Translations under genes and position numbers: made by a program
Shown: piece after piece, positions 12,937-27,119 of the stretch
Layout: each line of letters starts with the position of its first letter
Numbering within the stretch: the first letter of the stretch is position 1
The notes under the pieces: generated by a model
The model's input: only the letters and a program-made list of their open reading frames with translations
Database searches by the model: none
What the model was told of the DNA's origin: nothing
NCBI GenBank assembly: GCA_951406725.2
Contig: OX597830.1
Location: 10,354,001 to 10,418,000 of the forward strand
Length of the DNA stretch: 64,000 bases
Source of the DNA: Octopus vulgaris
Lineage: Eukaryota
Reading direction: 5' to 3'

Positions 12937-15011
12937 CACACACGCAATAAAATATAACGGTAAATTAATATATCATAATATGTTAAATACATTATAATAT
13001 AGGTGGCTATAGTAATAAAAAACCAAAAAGGCAAAATACATAAAAAGGGGTGCAAAATAGTTCCTTAAATTGCTAGTAATAGGAACTAAAAAAATATAAC
13101 TCGAATAGACACAGAAAGTCACCAACCGTTTTGAAATTTAGCGTTCGCTGTTCAACGGTTTTTTTTCTCTTTCTCGTGGGCAAATGGGAAGCAAGCTATC
13201 TCTTTAACCCGGAGTAAGTTGTGGTAACCCCTATCGAGAAACAAAACCATGTTTTTTTAAATTTCGAAATCACATGATAGGGTTTTATCAAACTACTTCA
13301 TTTTGTGAAATCGTAGGAATTGAACCCACAATATTAAGATCATCAATCAAATACCTCTGTTCGCTAGGTAACTCGCCTACGCCCTGATATGTTGTAGCGA
13401 TTTTATAATTGATGTTCTTCAACGTCAGCTGGTTACACAAAGCAATCAATGTCATTAATTAATGGTTTGTGTTTGCCAGATTATAAAGGTTGGGCTAACT
13501 TGACCTTTTAGCTATACTTCACCTTTCCTGGACAATTTAGCTGATCTAATTGGCTTGGCATTTTTCAGTAGAATCATTTCCTTTCTCTAAAACCAATTGA
13601 ATTTCGTCTGCAAACAGTCAGAGTGGATTTAATTCTAAAGTAAATTTCCGAATCAATAAGCTTAGCTGTCACTCGCAAGACCTGGAGGCTTCTACCGCAA
13701 ATTCTTTAACTGTTTGGGTGACTTTCGTAGATTTGAACCGACATAGATATCCTCTTGGCCTTCCTGTCTTTGACTTAGGGAGAACATCGAAGATGTCACG
13801 GCTGGAGAGAGAAAGGGGGCTGCATCAGCACTCGACTGGTGCATGTGTTCTGCTGAGCCGGCTGAGCAACGTGAAATGATGTGCTTTACACAGGGACACA
13901 GAACACTGTTCGATTCGGGAATCGAACCACGATGTGATGATCGTGATTCCAACACACGAACCGCTAGACCACGCACCTAAATAATCTATGTTATATCGGG
14001 ATATTGTCACAAAACGGGAGGTTGACAGAATCGGTTTTTCCCGCCAATGTTCTGGCTTAGTGTTTATGTAAGAACTAAATCTCCTTGATTGTTTGGAGTA
14101 TTTCTTCCGGATCTTTACGCTCTGAGATCAAATTCTTTCCCACTGTTATTTTTCTTATCTGAGTTCAACTTCCGCCGAGGTCGATTTTGCCTTTCATCCT
14201 TTCGGGGTCGATAAATTAAGTACCAGTTGCGTACTGGGGTCGATCAAGTCGACTGTTCCCCACCCACAAAATTTCGGGCCTTGTGCCTAGAGTAGAAAAG
14301 AAAAATAGAATCTCTTTGCAATACGTTTTGAACCGTTTCGTTCCTAGATCTAATCACACCAGGGCCAGCTTAGACTTGATTCCTCCGGGGTCCAAGAAAT
14401 AAATCCCTAGCCAAGTCCTTTATCGATATAAGCAACTGCAAATCTACCCACGCTCATCCTCCACCAAAATTCTTGCTTTGTATCTCTAAAATAATTCAAA
14501 TCCCACTTGGATCAGCTCCGTCTTTGACCCTTCCGGAGTCGATGAAATAAAGTACCAGTCATATCTTAGGGCCGATATAACAGATCCCCCCACACACACA
14601 CACACTAATGAAATCCTAACTTTGTGTCTATGAATTGAATTACTATTATAGAAATATTATTTGCGGTATTTTTTCAGATCGTTTGGTTGTGAGATCTAGT
14701 CACACAAAGGCTCATTTGGCTTTGACCCTTCCGGAGTCAATGACTTTTATCTTTATTTGTTTGTTTCAATCATTTGACTGCGGCCATGTTGGGGCAACGC
14801 CTTGAGGGAATTTTAGTCGAATAAATCGACCTCAGTACTTATTTGATTTGAGGCTGGTGCTTATTCTATCGGGTTTTTTTATGAACCGCTAAGTTACTGG
14901 GGAGTAAGCGCACCAACACCGGTTATCAAGCAGTGGTGGTGGGACAAACACTAACACAAAGATACACACATACATATATATGCGTGCGTGCGTATGTGTG
15001 TATATATATTC

Positions 15012-15207
15012 TTTCATTCTTTTACTTTTGATTGCAGCCATGCTGGAGCACCAACTTTTAGTAAAAAAAAGCCGAGCTCAGAACGTATTCTTTGTAAGCG
15101 TGGTACTCATTTTATCGGTTTGTTCTGCCGAACCGCTAAGTTGTGGAGACGTAAACACCCCGATATCTGATGTAAAGCGAGAGTGAGGGACAAATATAGA
15201 CACAAAG

Positions 15208-15285
<78 letters not shown>

Positions 15286-16078
15286 CGGGCTTTTTTTCAG
15301 TTTCCATCTAACAAATCCTCTCACAAGGCTTTGGTTGGTCCAAGTCTATAGTAGAAGACACTTGCCCAATGTGCCATGCAGTGAGATTGAACCCGGAAGC
15401 AATGTAGTTGGGAAACAAGTTTCTTATTTCTTTATTGTCCACAAGGGGCTAAACATAGAGGGGACAAACAAGGACAGACAAAGGAATTAAGTCGATTATA
15501 TCGACCCCAGTACGTAACTGGTACTTAATTTATCGACCCCGCAAAAATGAAAGGCTAAGTCGACCTCGGCGGAATTTGAACTCAGAACGTAACGGCAGAC
15601 GAAATACAGCTAAGCATTTCCCCCGGCGCGCTAACCTTTCTGCCAGCTCTCCGCCTTAAAGGATTAAGTCGATTATATCGACCCCAATGCGTAACTGGTA
15701 CTTAATTTATCGACACCGAAAGGATGAAAGGCAAAGTCAACCTCGGCGGAATTTGAACTCAGAACGTAGCGGCAGACGAAATACCTATTTCTTTCCTACC
15801 CACAAGGGGCTAAACACAGAGGAGACAAACAAGGACAAACATGTGGATTAAGTCGATTATATCGACCCTAGTGCGTAACTGGTACTTAATTTATCGACCC
15901 CGAAAGGATGAAAGGCAAAGTCGACCTCAGCGGAATTTGAACTCTGAACATTACGAAATACGGCTACGCATTTCGCCCAGCGTGCTGACGATTCTGCCAG
16001 GTCGCCGCCTTACTAAGTTTTCTGCCAGCACGCCGCGTTGGGAAACAAGTTTCTTACCACACAGCCACGCCTGCGCCT
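15012..16078 (-). mobile_element. SINE B interrupted by a multimeric SINE C insertion (15427-16036)
   Basis: 20-bp duplication GTTGGGAAACAAGTTTCTTA at 15407-15426 and 16037-16056 flanks tandem SINE C modules; the SINE B head resumes at 16057-16078. Confidence 0.85.
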
Positions 16079-17219
16079 GAATCGGAATATAATAAACGGT
16101 TCCCATAATCAAATGTTTTGCCTTACGCTTAGGTTGGGAATCAATATTATAGAACTTTCTGAACAAAAGAAAATTAAATAAAAATATACAGAACAAAATG
16201 TCATCAGCTACACAACTACACTGTTTGACTAAACAATGTGTATTATCATAATTTTTTCTCCCCACTTCGTCTCCTTTCAGAAATGTTTTAGAAATGCATG
16301 TTTACTTTTAAAGGGAGTGGTTCTTGTTGTGGTGACTATTGATATTCTAGAATTCTTGTAATGGTAAATTTTTGCTGCGTTTAACTTTGCTTGTTACAGA
16401 TTAGTGTCTGGGAATGTCAATGCATGTACATGCATACAACTTATTTTAAAGATTTCAAAAATCTAGACACACACAAAACAACAACAACAACAACAACAAC
16501 AACGAAATAAATAAGAAAATAAATACGAAAATAAATTAATAAATGTGTTAAGGAAAAATAAAAATGGTGAACGTTGCATTGCTTCACCGTAATTTGATCA
16601 TTTCGGGGGTAACATTTAAAGTTTTCCCGAGAGTCAGATTTATAAAAACTAATAAATATTTCAAAAACAAGAATCGCTTATAAAATTTGAAATAAAACGG
16701 TAAAAAAAATAAATAAATACTACAACTAAGCAATTAATTGTTATTATTTCCTCTGTCTCTCAGAAAATTTATCGAAAGGTGACTATGACAAAAATGATTA
16801 GGGTAACTGGAGCTACCACCGGAATGCCATCTCGGTCTTCCACAATATTTCTTCATCTCTAGGTCTTGTCTAAGTCCTCATATTTCTCAATTTTTTCCTC
16901 AATTGTTTTTTTAAGTATCCTCTTTATTATCATATTTTCTCATCTTACATTTCTTTTTATGTCTTCTACAATCATATCTGGTCATTTTGCATCAATAATT
17001 ATTATCAGTTTTGGTGAGTTGACTGAAGCGTTAGCACGGCGAACAGTGTTTACCAACATTTCATCCATCTTTAAGTTCTGGGTCCAAATTTCGCCGAGGT
17101 CGACTTCACGTTTCATTAATTCAGAGTCGATAAATTAAGTATCAGTGAAACACTGAGGTCGATGTAATCGAATAGTTGCCTCCCCAGAAATTTCAGGCCT
17201 TATGCCTACAGTAGAAAGG

Positions 17220-17282
<63 letters not shown>

Positions 17283-17412
17283 TAGTTTTATTTTTATAGC
17301 GTGCTTTCACTTCACTACTGAGCGCAGCTCTGTGTGCCTTAGGTATGTGCTGTGATTTGTTGTGATGCTCTGATGGTTATTGTATGGAAAGTGTTCTGCG
17401 TAGGATGTGTTG

Positions 17413-17491
<79 letters not shown>

Positions 17492-18124
17492 CAAGGCGGT
17501 GAGCTGGCAAAATTCTTAGCACATTGGACAAAATTGTTAGTGGCATTTTGTCTATCTATACAGTGTGTTCAAATTCTGCCAGGGTTAGTACGGCCTTTTT
17601 ATCCTTTCGGGGTCGGTAAAATAAATAACAGTTGAGCATTCGGGGTCGATGTAATCGACCAGACTCCTTTCTCACAAATATCAGGCCTTGTACCGATAGT
17701 AGAAAGGATTATTGTTGTTATTATTTAGAGTCATGTTTCCAATAGTTTAAAACGCGTTTTTGTAGCACTCTCTTTTGAGAATGTAGGATTGTATCTGTAT
17801 ACGACATCGGGTTTAATTTGGTGTGCCGTTCATTTTGTCCGTTTTTGCCGTTGTGTTTGTATATTCTGTAGAAGTTTTATTGGCTGTAGACAGAGAGGTT
17901 AAGGATCAACATGTTTAGTGCTTGCTGGTTATTCTTGAGAAACAAGATAATCAAAATGCTTTTCCTTTTCACCGACTTCATCAATAAAACGTTTCTGATA
18001 TCGATTTAAGTGTCTCGTCTAAAATTTTGAACCCAGAGTTTAGAATCGCATCTTTTCCTGTTCCTTGCTATTTACAGTATCTTTTCTAATGTTCCTGCTG
18101 TTAAGGCCTCTTATGATTGTTCAA

Positions 18125-18780
18125 ATGCTGTTCCGATCCGTGGGTCGCTTCCTGCGCTCGGAGTGCTTCATCAACCAAAGAGGAGATGGAAATTTCAGTG
18201 AACGAGTTTTTCGCCTCGATAGACAAAAACTGGTATCAGCGTAGGACTGGCAGGAAAATGGCTTCAGATGGTGCAGCAGGACGGCCTCCACTTTGAATGC
18301 TAGGTTGCTTTGCGGATAAAGCAAATAAACTATTGGTTTCAATTTTTGGACACAAGGCCAGCAATTTCGATGTAAGTTGATTACATCGATCCCAGTGTTC
18401 AACTGATACTTACTGTATCGACCGCGAAACAATGAAAAGCAAAGTCAACTTCGGCTGAATATGAACTCAGAGGGTAAAGACGGACGAATTGCCTACACCT
18501 ATTTCTTTACTACCCACAAGGGACTAAACACAGAGGAGACAAACAAGGACACACAAACGGATTCAGTGGATTACATCGACCCCAGTGCGTAACTGGTACT
18601 TATTTTATGGACCCCGAAAGGATGAAAGGCAAAGTTGACCTCGGCGGAATTTGAACTCAGAAGGTAGCGGCAGACGAAATACTGCTAAGTATTTCGCCCG
18701 GCGGCGTGCGAACGATTTGGCTAGTTTCCCGCCTTATAAGCTACCAAAATATTGCAAAACTTTTGACTCTGCACATTATT
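18125..18780 (+). mobile_element. mariner-type transposase 3' remnant, interrupted by minus-strand SINE C (~18345-18735)
   Basis: Similar to 25450-25710; shares the end motif CCAAAATATTGCAAAA.TTTTGACTC. Confidence 0.55.
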
Positions 18781-19281
18781 TTACGTTCACTTAGTGTTTC
18801 ATGAAACTGTTTTTGGCTGGACTCGAACTGTTTGTTTTGTTCAAAGAACTACTGTTGTTGTTTTTTGCAACAACAGAATCTGCGAATTAGCAAAATCTCA
18901 TTTTTGAAGTGTTCTTTGATTTCGATCACTTTTTTTTTCCTTTTGTTGATATATTTCTCTCATATTTTCCCCATGTTTTTCTGTAATGTCTTTTCGTTAT
19001 TGATTTCATTAAAATAAGAGATTTTTTTCTTTTCGTATTTTCTACATTTTTTTCTGTTTGTTTGTTTTCCGTATTCTTTGTTAGGTTGTTTTTTTTCAGT
19101 TCAATGAGGGGTCATGAGCTGGTGGTTTGTAGTGTTGCATTCACGATCGCAGGATTGTGGTTTCGATTCCTGTGTGTTGTGTTCTTGAGCAAAACAATTT
19201 CTTTCACATTGCTCTCCGATTACTTCCACACCTGAAGTGTGGTACACCTTGCACTTGCACCTGTTCAGACAACGTCGATTT

Positions 19282-19329
<48 letters not shown>

Positions 19330-19670
19330 ACTAATGTACAGCGCATACATTCGCTACAAACAAGTCATGGGTGCAGTTTGTTCAGAAGGAATTTGCAGAA
19401 CCATTCAAAGACTACCATCATCGAACTTTGAGAGATTGCCATCATTCAAATCCTCCTCTTCATCACTACCATCATCATCATCGTCGTCATCATCATCACA
19501 TATTTCAATGTGGTTAGATCTGATAGAGTACCTCCCTTACTCTATAACTACACTGGATGCTTCTATATTATTTCGGTTACCGTGGTGATATTGATGTCAG
19601 CGTCTGTTCTAAGCTTTTGATGGCCACGGCACACTTTTTGTTGTTGTTATTTTATCTCCAATTGTTTCCA

Positions 19671-19879
19671 TACTCTTTTACTTGTTTCAGTCATTTGACT
19701 GCGGCCATGCTGGAGCACCGCCTTTAGTCGAGCAAATCGACCCCGGGACTTATTCCTTGTAAGCCCAGTACTTATTCTATCGGTCTCTTTTGCCGAACCG
19801 CTAAGTGACGGGGACGTAAACACACCAGCATCGGTTGTCAAGCAATGCTAGGGGGACAAACACAGACACACAAACATAT

Positions 19880-19927
<48 letters not shown>

Positions 19928-20094
19928 GTACGACAGGCCTCTTTCAGTTTCCGTCTACCAAATCCACTCACAAGGCATTGGTCGGCCCGGGGCTATAGCA
20001 AAAGACACTTGCCCAAGGTGCCACGCAGTGGGACTGAACCCGGAACCATGTGGTTGGTTAGCAAGCTACTTGCCACACAGCCACTCCTGCGCCT
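19671..20094 (-). mobile_element. tRNA-derived SINE family B, full length
   Basis: Minus-strand head AGGCGCAGGAGTGGCTGTGTGGC...GGGTTCAGTCCC; internal TA/CA microsatellite; tail GGCGGTGCTCCAGCATGGCCGCAGTC...GTAAAAGAGTA. Confidence 0.9.
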
Positions 20095-22801
20095 ATGGAG
20101 TTTTTTTCTTCAGTCCATTGGTCAATAGGAAGATCTATAGTAATTAAATCATTAATTACTTTCGGTCTTACGTTTTAATTATGTTCACAATTTTCACTTT
20201 TAGGATTTCCCATTCTTAAATCTTATTATTTTTCCTTTATTTCATAATTCTATGTTGTTTAAGTTCGACTTTTGCCTGGAAGTATTCCAAAGGCGTTCTT
20301 GGCTTTAGTTTTCGTATTTTATGCTATTTACTTTTAATTTGTTTGTTATTACAAGTTGGAGCTGTCTTCGTCACACATATTCTCACCCAATGCTTTAAAA
20401 ATACGGTTTATATACATTATTTGCGTTTTTGTTATGATTTCCTTAAAATATTCTCTTTCAATGACTGAAATTTTTAACTTTGAGAATATGTTTTCCCTTT
20501 AAGTTCATTTGTTTGTGGTGGGCTACAATCCCGCTTAGTTCCGAGCTATTATCATAGTTTCGCTTCTGAGGAAGAGTATAAACACATTCATCTTTGAACC
20601 ATTTCTACCGTTTTCGTGATATTCGTGTAATCTGAATGAAATCTCGTCCTTTAGTCTAATTATCATCTTTTTCTGCCGAGCATTTGTTTTATTTGGATTT
20701 TGTGATATGTTTTACACACTCCATTTTCATAGATTCTTTTTTTAAATATTAGATTCAAATTACACATTCTTGTATTAACTTTACCCAAATGTAATACGGT
20801 CTTTAGATGCATTTTTTTACTTTCTGTCACGCGAGATACAGCTTGTCTGATGCTGCTTTGGGAAAACTCTGTCAGTTTGCTTAGACGTGGTACCAAATCC
20901 CTCACTCCACATTAATCATACGACGTAATTACCAATATTTTTTTCACAAACATTTATACACTTGATAATTAATTTTAATAACTTAATTTTTCGATTTGAT
21001 TCATTAGATTTGGATTATCGGATAATATTCCTTGAACCTTTCAAACACCGTTATTTCATGCTAAACATCCTCAGTATTCTCATACAATTATTATCATCCT
21101 AGGGACGGTGCACTGGCAAAATTGTATAAGCTTCGGACAAAATACGCTTTCCGTTTTGAGTTCGAATACAACCTAAGACCAACTTTATCTTTGATCATTT
21201 CAGAATGGATGAAATATGATTGAGGTCGATGAAATATTCAGGTTGACAGAACCGGCCATCACTTCCCACAAAATTGTTGGACTTGTGCCGCAAGCAAAAA
21301 GCATTCTTATTAATTACATATCACTTGATCACTTTGACCGACCAGTCCGTCAGGCGTCCATTTGACACCGCTGGTCACAGCACGCTGTCCACTCCTCTCT
21401 GGATCGCGCCTTTCTCATCCACGTGATCCCAATCGTCCTCTTGGGGACGATTAATTACATATACAAATCCATATTGTCTTTTGTGTTTGTATCATCCTAA
21501 ATGTGTTTCAGTCCTCGCTACCAACAAACTATCTCTAATCATTAACGCGGCGGACAATATGCCTAACCGTATTTCTTTTAAGCTCAAGTTCCTTCGAGGT
21601 CTACAATTGACTAGTACTTTATTTTATTGGCCTCGAAAGGATGAACGGCAAAATTGACCAAGGTGGAGAATTCAGAACGTAAAGCCGGAAGAGATGACGC
21701 TAAGCATCGAATCCGGCGGGCTAATGATTCTGTCAGCTCACCTCCGACTTAATAATACTCATTCTTTTTACTACAGGCGAAACTCCTGAAATTGCTGGTT
21801 CATCGAACCCCCAAAGAATGAACCGCAAAGTCAACCTCGGCAGCACTGAAATAGTGTTGAGGATTTTTATTCGGAGAAGAAGAAGAAGAAGAAGAAGAAG
21901 AAGAAGAAGAAGAAGAAGAATCCTTTCTACTATATGCACAAGTTGATTACAGCTGGCAGAAACGTTAGCGCGCCGGACGAAATGCTTAGCGGTATTTCGT
22001 TTGCCGCTACGTTCTGAGTTCAAATTCCGCCGAGGTCGACTTTGCTTTTCATCCTGTGGTCAATCTAATCGACTGGCCCCTTCCCCCAAAATTTCGGGCC
22101 TTCTGCCTAGAGTAGAAAACAGTGATATTTCTAGCATGGATTTTTACAGCTGCTCTTTGCCTCGGAGCGAAGATTGCGATCGCAGAACATCGAAAACACA
22201 AGTTCCGCTGGGCCGCACACGTCACAAGGTTCACAGACAATAGGCGGACCTGTACAGTTGTCCTATGGCATCCAAGAGATCGGTAAAAGCCACTTGGAAG
22301 GCCTTAACAACGATGGGGAAATGATTTAGGCAATTTGAGGGATGATGGAAAAGAATGGCGCAATCAAAATAGAATAGGAAGCGCATTGTGACTAGCGATA
22401 TATACCTCTATCTGAAGGCCTGCTTGATACTGTGAACCGTGATACATCGTTGGAAGCTTTACACTGGTTTATTAGACCAGGAGGCAAAGTGCAATGCCCA
22501 GTAAATGCACCGTAGCGTTACAAATGGTTCAAACTTGCTCATTATTCAAATAGATAGCATATTCTGCTGAAATACCATAAATATATTATGTAAAATTCTA
22601 ATGTTTACATTGAATTTTGGTTCTTCCATTTGGAACAATGCAGTCGTGGAAAGATTAGAATTTCAAACATTTGCTTTCACTAATGTATTCAGAGGGGAAT
22701 TAGGGAAACGTCAATCTTGGGAAGATCTTTAAGGGGCTTCGGTACGAATTTTCTTCCAGTAGCTTGGTTGACAAATAAATGAATAAATAAATAATTATAT
22801 A

Positions 22802-23146
22802 AACTAGAAAGGCACCCGGAGAGCGCAGACCCCCGCCAAGCAGCTCATTTCCACCCATATACACGCATACTGAAAATCGCCCAATTTCCCAAACCTAAGA
22901 CGGCCAAAACGTAACCTGCTCGGCGAGGGTAAAAAAAAATAACACAGCCATATGGTTTTTTAACAAATGAAAAATCCTTCAAGAATCCATAAAAATTTCT
23001 GGATCACTACCAAAATTTCGTCATCTGTTCCTTGTGGCATTACCAACTTTTTCTACAAGTTTCATCAAATACCGTTTACAACTTTTTGAGTTATCAGTAG
23101 GACATACCAACGCCGATGAAAACATAACCTTCCTTGGCGGAGGTAA
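22802..23146 (-). mobile_element. Helentron-associated / DINE-1-like non-autonomous element
   Basis: Subterminal inverted repeats ACCCCCGCCAAG (22829-22840) / CTTGGCGGAGGT (23133-23144); terminal hairpin-like GCACCCGGAGAGCGC and CTAG end; TT-type flanks. Confidence 0.65.
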
Positions 23147-24291
23147 TAATAATGACGAGATACGGTCTCAACAGTTTCTTTAGATCTGTTTCGGAATTGA
23201 TTCAAATATTCTGACAAAGGTCACCGTAAGATCTTAAATGCTGCTCTACACTACTATTTGCTTTGCACATTTGCTTCCCACATTTGGTAGACAAATTAAA
23301 AGACACAATAAAAGATTTATAAAAGACAAAACAATATAAATTGTCCAAAAAAAAGACGGGTTTAAAAACTCGCTAGAAGCGTCGAGAGCTGTACATTAAC
23401 TACAAATAAAAGCAATATTAATCTACATGTTTATTGTAAATCTTCGACAACAACAACAACAACAACAAAATTAAAGGAGATGGAGAACTGGAACATAAGG
23501 TTTACATCAAAATAACAAGAATTTCTATGGTTACATTATATTACAGTGATATAATCAAATTTTAAATTATTTGTTGAAAAATTTGTTCAAAACTGAAAAT
23601 TTAACAAAGAAATACAAATATATTTAAATGATAAATATATAAAAGAAATAACACCTTTCAAATGGTATAATGGAAAATGTTGGAATTGTTTTAATTTTAT
23701 TATTGATATATATATATATACTTTTTTTTTAAAATAAATTCATTTACAGATTGTCACGAAGAAATATACAAGTATCAAATAACCATCTCTGTCATTCTTC
23801 CTATCTCTCTACTTCATTCCCGCTCTCTCTCTCTCTCAGTTGTGCGTGTATTTATATATGTATGTAGAATGTATGTGTGTGTATAAATATATGTACGCAT
23901 GTATGTATATATATACATACATCTTGTATACATATATACAAACACATATTTATGTATATGTATATACATATATAGGTACATGTGCATATATTTATATATA
24001 CATATATGAATATATATATATATTTCTATACATATATACATAACATACATGTACATAAGTATATATATGTGTGTGTGTGTGTCTGTGTGTGTGTGTATTC
24101 ATTTATGTTATGTTCAAATTCTTGCATGGAAGCGAGTGTGTGTGTGTGTGTGAACGTGTGTAAGTATAGTAAGATGTAAATCATGAGAAATTGTTATAAT
24201 ATTCCTGTTAAAATGCATGTTATGGTATCCTTATGTTTAAATGGTTTTAATTTCTCAATTTAACAAATATATACATACAAACATATGCACA

Positions 24292-24356
<65 letters not shown>

Positions 24357-25449
24357 ATACACAAACACACGTGTGTACGTAGATATTTTCTCATAGCAAA
24401 GCAAGGAAGAGCACCTTGTAAGGGCAAGTTTTTAAATAAAAGAAACAAAAGATAAGCAAACAACAACATAAATAACAACGCTTACTGCGTCTCTTAAAAA
24501 TAAAACATAAATAAAAACAAAAAATAGGCAACAAAAACAAAAAAACATTCTCACTGAAATGGCGATACATTCATTATTACTAAAAATCTATAAAAATTTT
24601 AAAAAGCATGATTCGATATTAAATGGTTCCTACGACTACTTATACTGCAAATCATTATAATAATAATTCTTTCTGCTATAGACATAAGCCTGAAATTTGG
24701 GGTTGGGGGGACTAGTCGATTACATCGACCCCCAATACTCAACTAAAGTAAAGTTTACCATGGTGGAATTTGGACTAATTATGTAAAGCCGGAAGAAATA
24801 CTGATAAGCATTTGGTCCGAGGCCCCAACCAATCTGCCAGCCCGTTGCCTTATATTTTCAAATCTTGGAAGTAGGCCGTCAGTTCTGACGGAGGAGTGGA
24901 AGTAAATCGATACCATCGTCCCTAGTTTTTGATTACCGCTTTATTTTATTGGCCCTGCTAGGATGGATTGCAAAGTTGACGCTAGTAGGATTTGAACTCG
25001 GAACAAAAGAGCCGGGAAATATTGCAAGAAATTCTTTCCGACCTTACGATTCTGTCAATCTAGTTTCTAAGGTACAAAGCAAAAAATTATAGAAAATTGC
25101 TATTTTTTACGTTTATGTATATGTTAGGTAAGATACCTGATCAGAAATCGTGTGTTGAAAGAAATATTGTTATATTTCAGGATGAGACACGCAGAATGGA
25201 GAGTCGTTGAAGAGGTCACAGGATGTGTGGCGAAATATATATTTGAGACAAAGAAAGCTAAAATAAGAACAATAATAAAGCTGAAGTAAAGAACGAATAT
25301 ACAGTGCGTGTGTTTATGTTGGAAAACCAAATGACCGTCCCGAACTATAACATTATTTTAATATTTTGTTTTAGTCAAAACTTTTACGACATTTTGTTAA
25401 CTCGCGACATTTTTCATTACTCGTTACAACAAAAACAGCCAAGCAATAT

Positions 25450-25710
25450 TACTTGTTCCGATCCGTGGCTCATTCCCTTGCGCTCGCGACGCTTCATCAA
25501 CCAAGAAGAGTTAAAAGCTTCAATGAAGGAGTTCTTCGCCTTGAAGGACAAGAAATGGCACGAGAATGAGATCAAAACACTGACAGAAATGGGATTTGGA
25601 ACGACGGTGCTACACGATGGCCTCTACAATGAATGCCAGACTGTTTTTGTGGTAATTTGATGAATAAAGCAAATAAGTTACCAAAATATTGCAAAATTTT
25701 TGACTCGACA
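25450..25710 (+). pseudogene. mariner transposase C-terminal remnant
   Basis: LRSRRFINQEELKASMKEFFALKDKKWHENEIKTL...HDGLY resembles mariner C-termini (L.G..F...E......FF..K...FY..GI..L...W...G.Y). Confidence 0.65.
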
Positions 25711-25951
25711 CAACAAATGCGCCCGGCTGTCCACGATGTCTTCATTATTACGAGCCATTTGTTTCTACCAACTCAGTTTTGGCAAATGTGAATTCATTCC
25801 CTTCACCAGGAACACAAAATCAGCTACGCACCAGGTTTAAATAGCGTGGAGAATTTATCTTTTAACAACCAAAAGCCAAGAGTCTACTACATAAACAGTA
25901 CTCCTATAGAAGATGTTGTGTCGCGACACAGCTTTATATATTTAGCTTTAA

Positions 25952-26342
25952 TCTCTCTATATACAAAGCTGAAGTTGTCTGTGTATGGCAGGTTTGGTAG
26001 CCTTCAACTAACACTATCTCCTCCGAGACCCTGCGGCGCAAGTCGACCAAAATTGAGAGTATGATAGAAGGCTTGCTCTTCCTTCCATAGAAGAAAAAAT
26101 TCAAATCGGACAGTGTTAAGACCAAAAACTATTTACATCAAAAAGGTGATTTTTTTCTACGAAAGTCCCTATTTTTTACGATTTTTTGACTGCTGTGTCG
26201 CCATTTTTCGGTGTATTTCAACCAGAAAAATATTCACTTAAAGAGAATAACAAGCTACATAATGCAAAATTTTTACTTTTCAAAAATTCCAATTCTAAAG
26301 GGTTGAAACAAACCCAATCAACGCCCCGGGCGATACTGCTAG
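25952..26342 (+). mobile_element. Non-autonomous Helitron-like element
   Basis: 5' TCTCTCTATATAC, 3' GC-rich hairpin remnant and GCTAG; lies between A and T; both ends resemble 41496-41864. Confidence 0.75.
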
Positions 26343-26878
26343 TAATTTAATAAAATGAAATGTTGAAATGGCGGACACAGTAAAACAGAAAAAGAAAGCA
26401 TTTAGAGACTATATCTCAACGGCTGACCACTACTTCCGGAATAAATGTGACCGTCATTGATACAAAAAGAAAAGAAACCTGTGAGTGGTGTAATGAATGT
26501 ATTGCAAAAATACAGATGTTACATGAGAGGTTTACCAAGTTTTGTTTGACAACACTGGTAAGCAGAGGGCGCCCACATCGATCGTCTGCAACTGTGAGTA
26601 GAAATTTGAGGAGTTTTATTTTTGTTCCGTTTATTGTGAATTACACTTTGGAATATAGAATTATGTTGTAGGAAATTTTTTTAGGCAGCAAATTGATTAA
26701 ATGAGCTAATGCTTCTAGTAGCTAAGTGTTGCGATCGAATACAATAAGCGAATGCAAAATAATCAATGATGTTTCTCGGTCGATAATTCAACTTATAAAT
26801 AGAATATCAGACGTCCCAAAATATAAAAACTCATGAGCAAGTCGGGTTGATTTAGTGCGAATGAAATAAGAAAGTCAA

Positions 26879-26916
<38 letters not shown>

Positions 26917-27119
26917 CTAAATTTCTGTTACGTTTTTGTCCCTAAAGAAAACGGATAGAACATGTTTTCTGTGTTATGTCCCAAGAAGATTTTATATATT
27001 TTTATATATTTTTATATATTTTTATGTATTTTTATATAATTTTTATTATTAATTTCCCTTCATTTTTAACGGTTGTATCGGCATCTTTTATCTACAGTTT
27101 CAGCATTTGGTGTTCTACA

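Noticed and set aside
15427-16036. CRISPR-like array
   Set aside because: The repeated modules are SINE C segments without unique spacers, in a eukaryotic context.
16780-18110. R4/Dong-like LINE remnant (EKIEKYEDL...IPVV)
   Set aside because: Only one short motif is recognisable; too degraded to support as a feature.
20565-20605. CTGAGGA AGAG...TCTTTGAAC hammerhead candidate
   Set aside because: The 3' core and stems I and III cannot be assembled.
26558-26574. CTCF-like site AAGCAGAGGGCGCC
   Set aside because: Single imperfect match in 64 kb, not distinguishable from chance.
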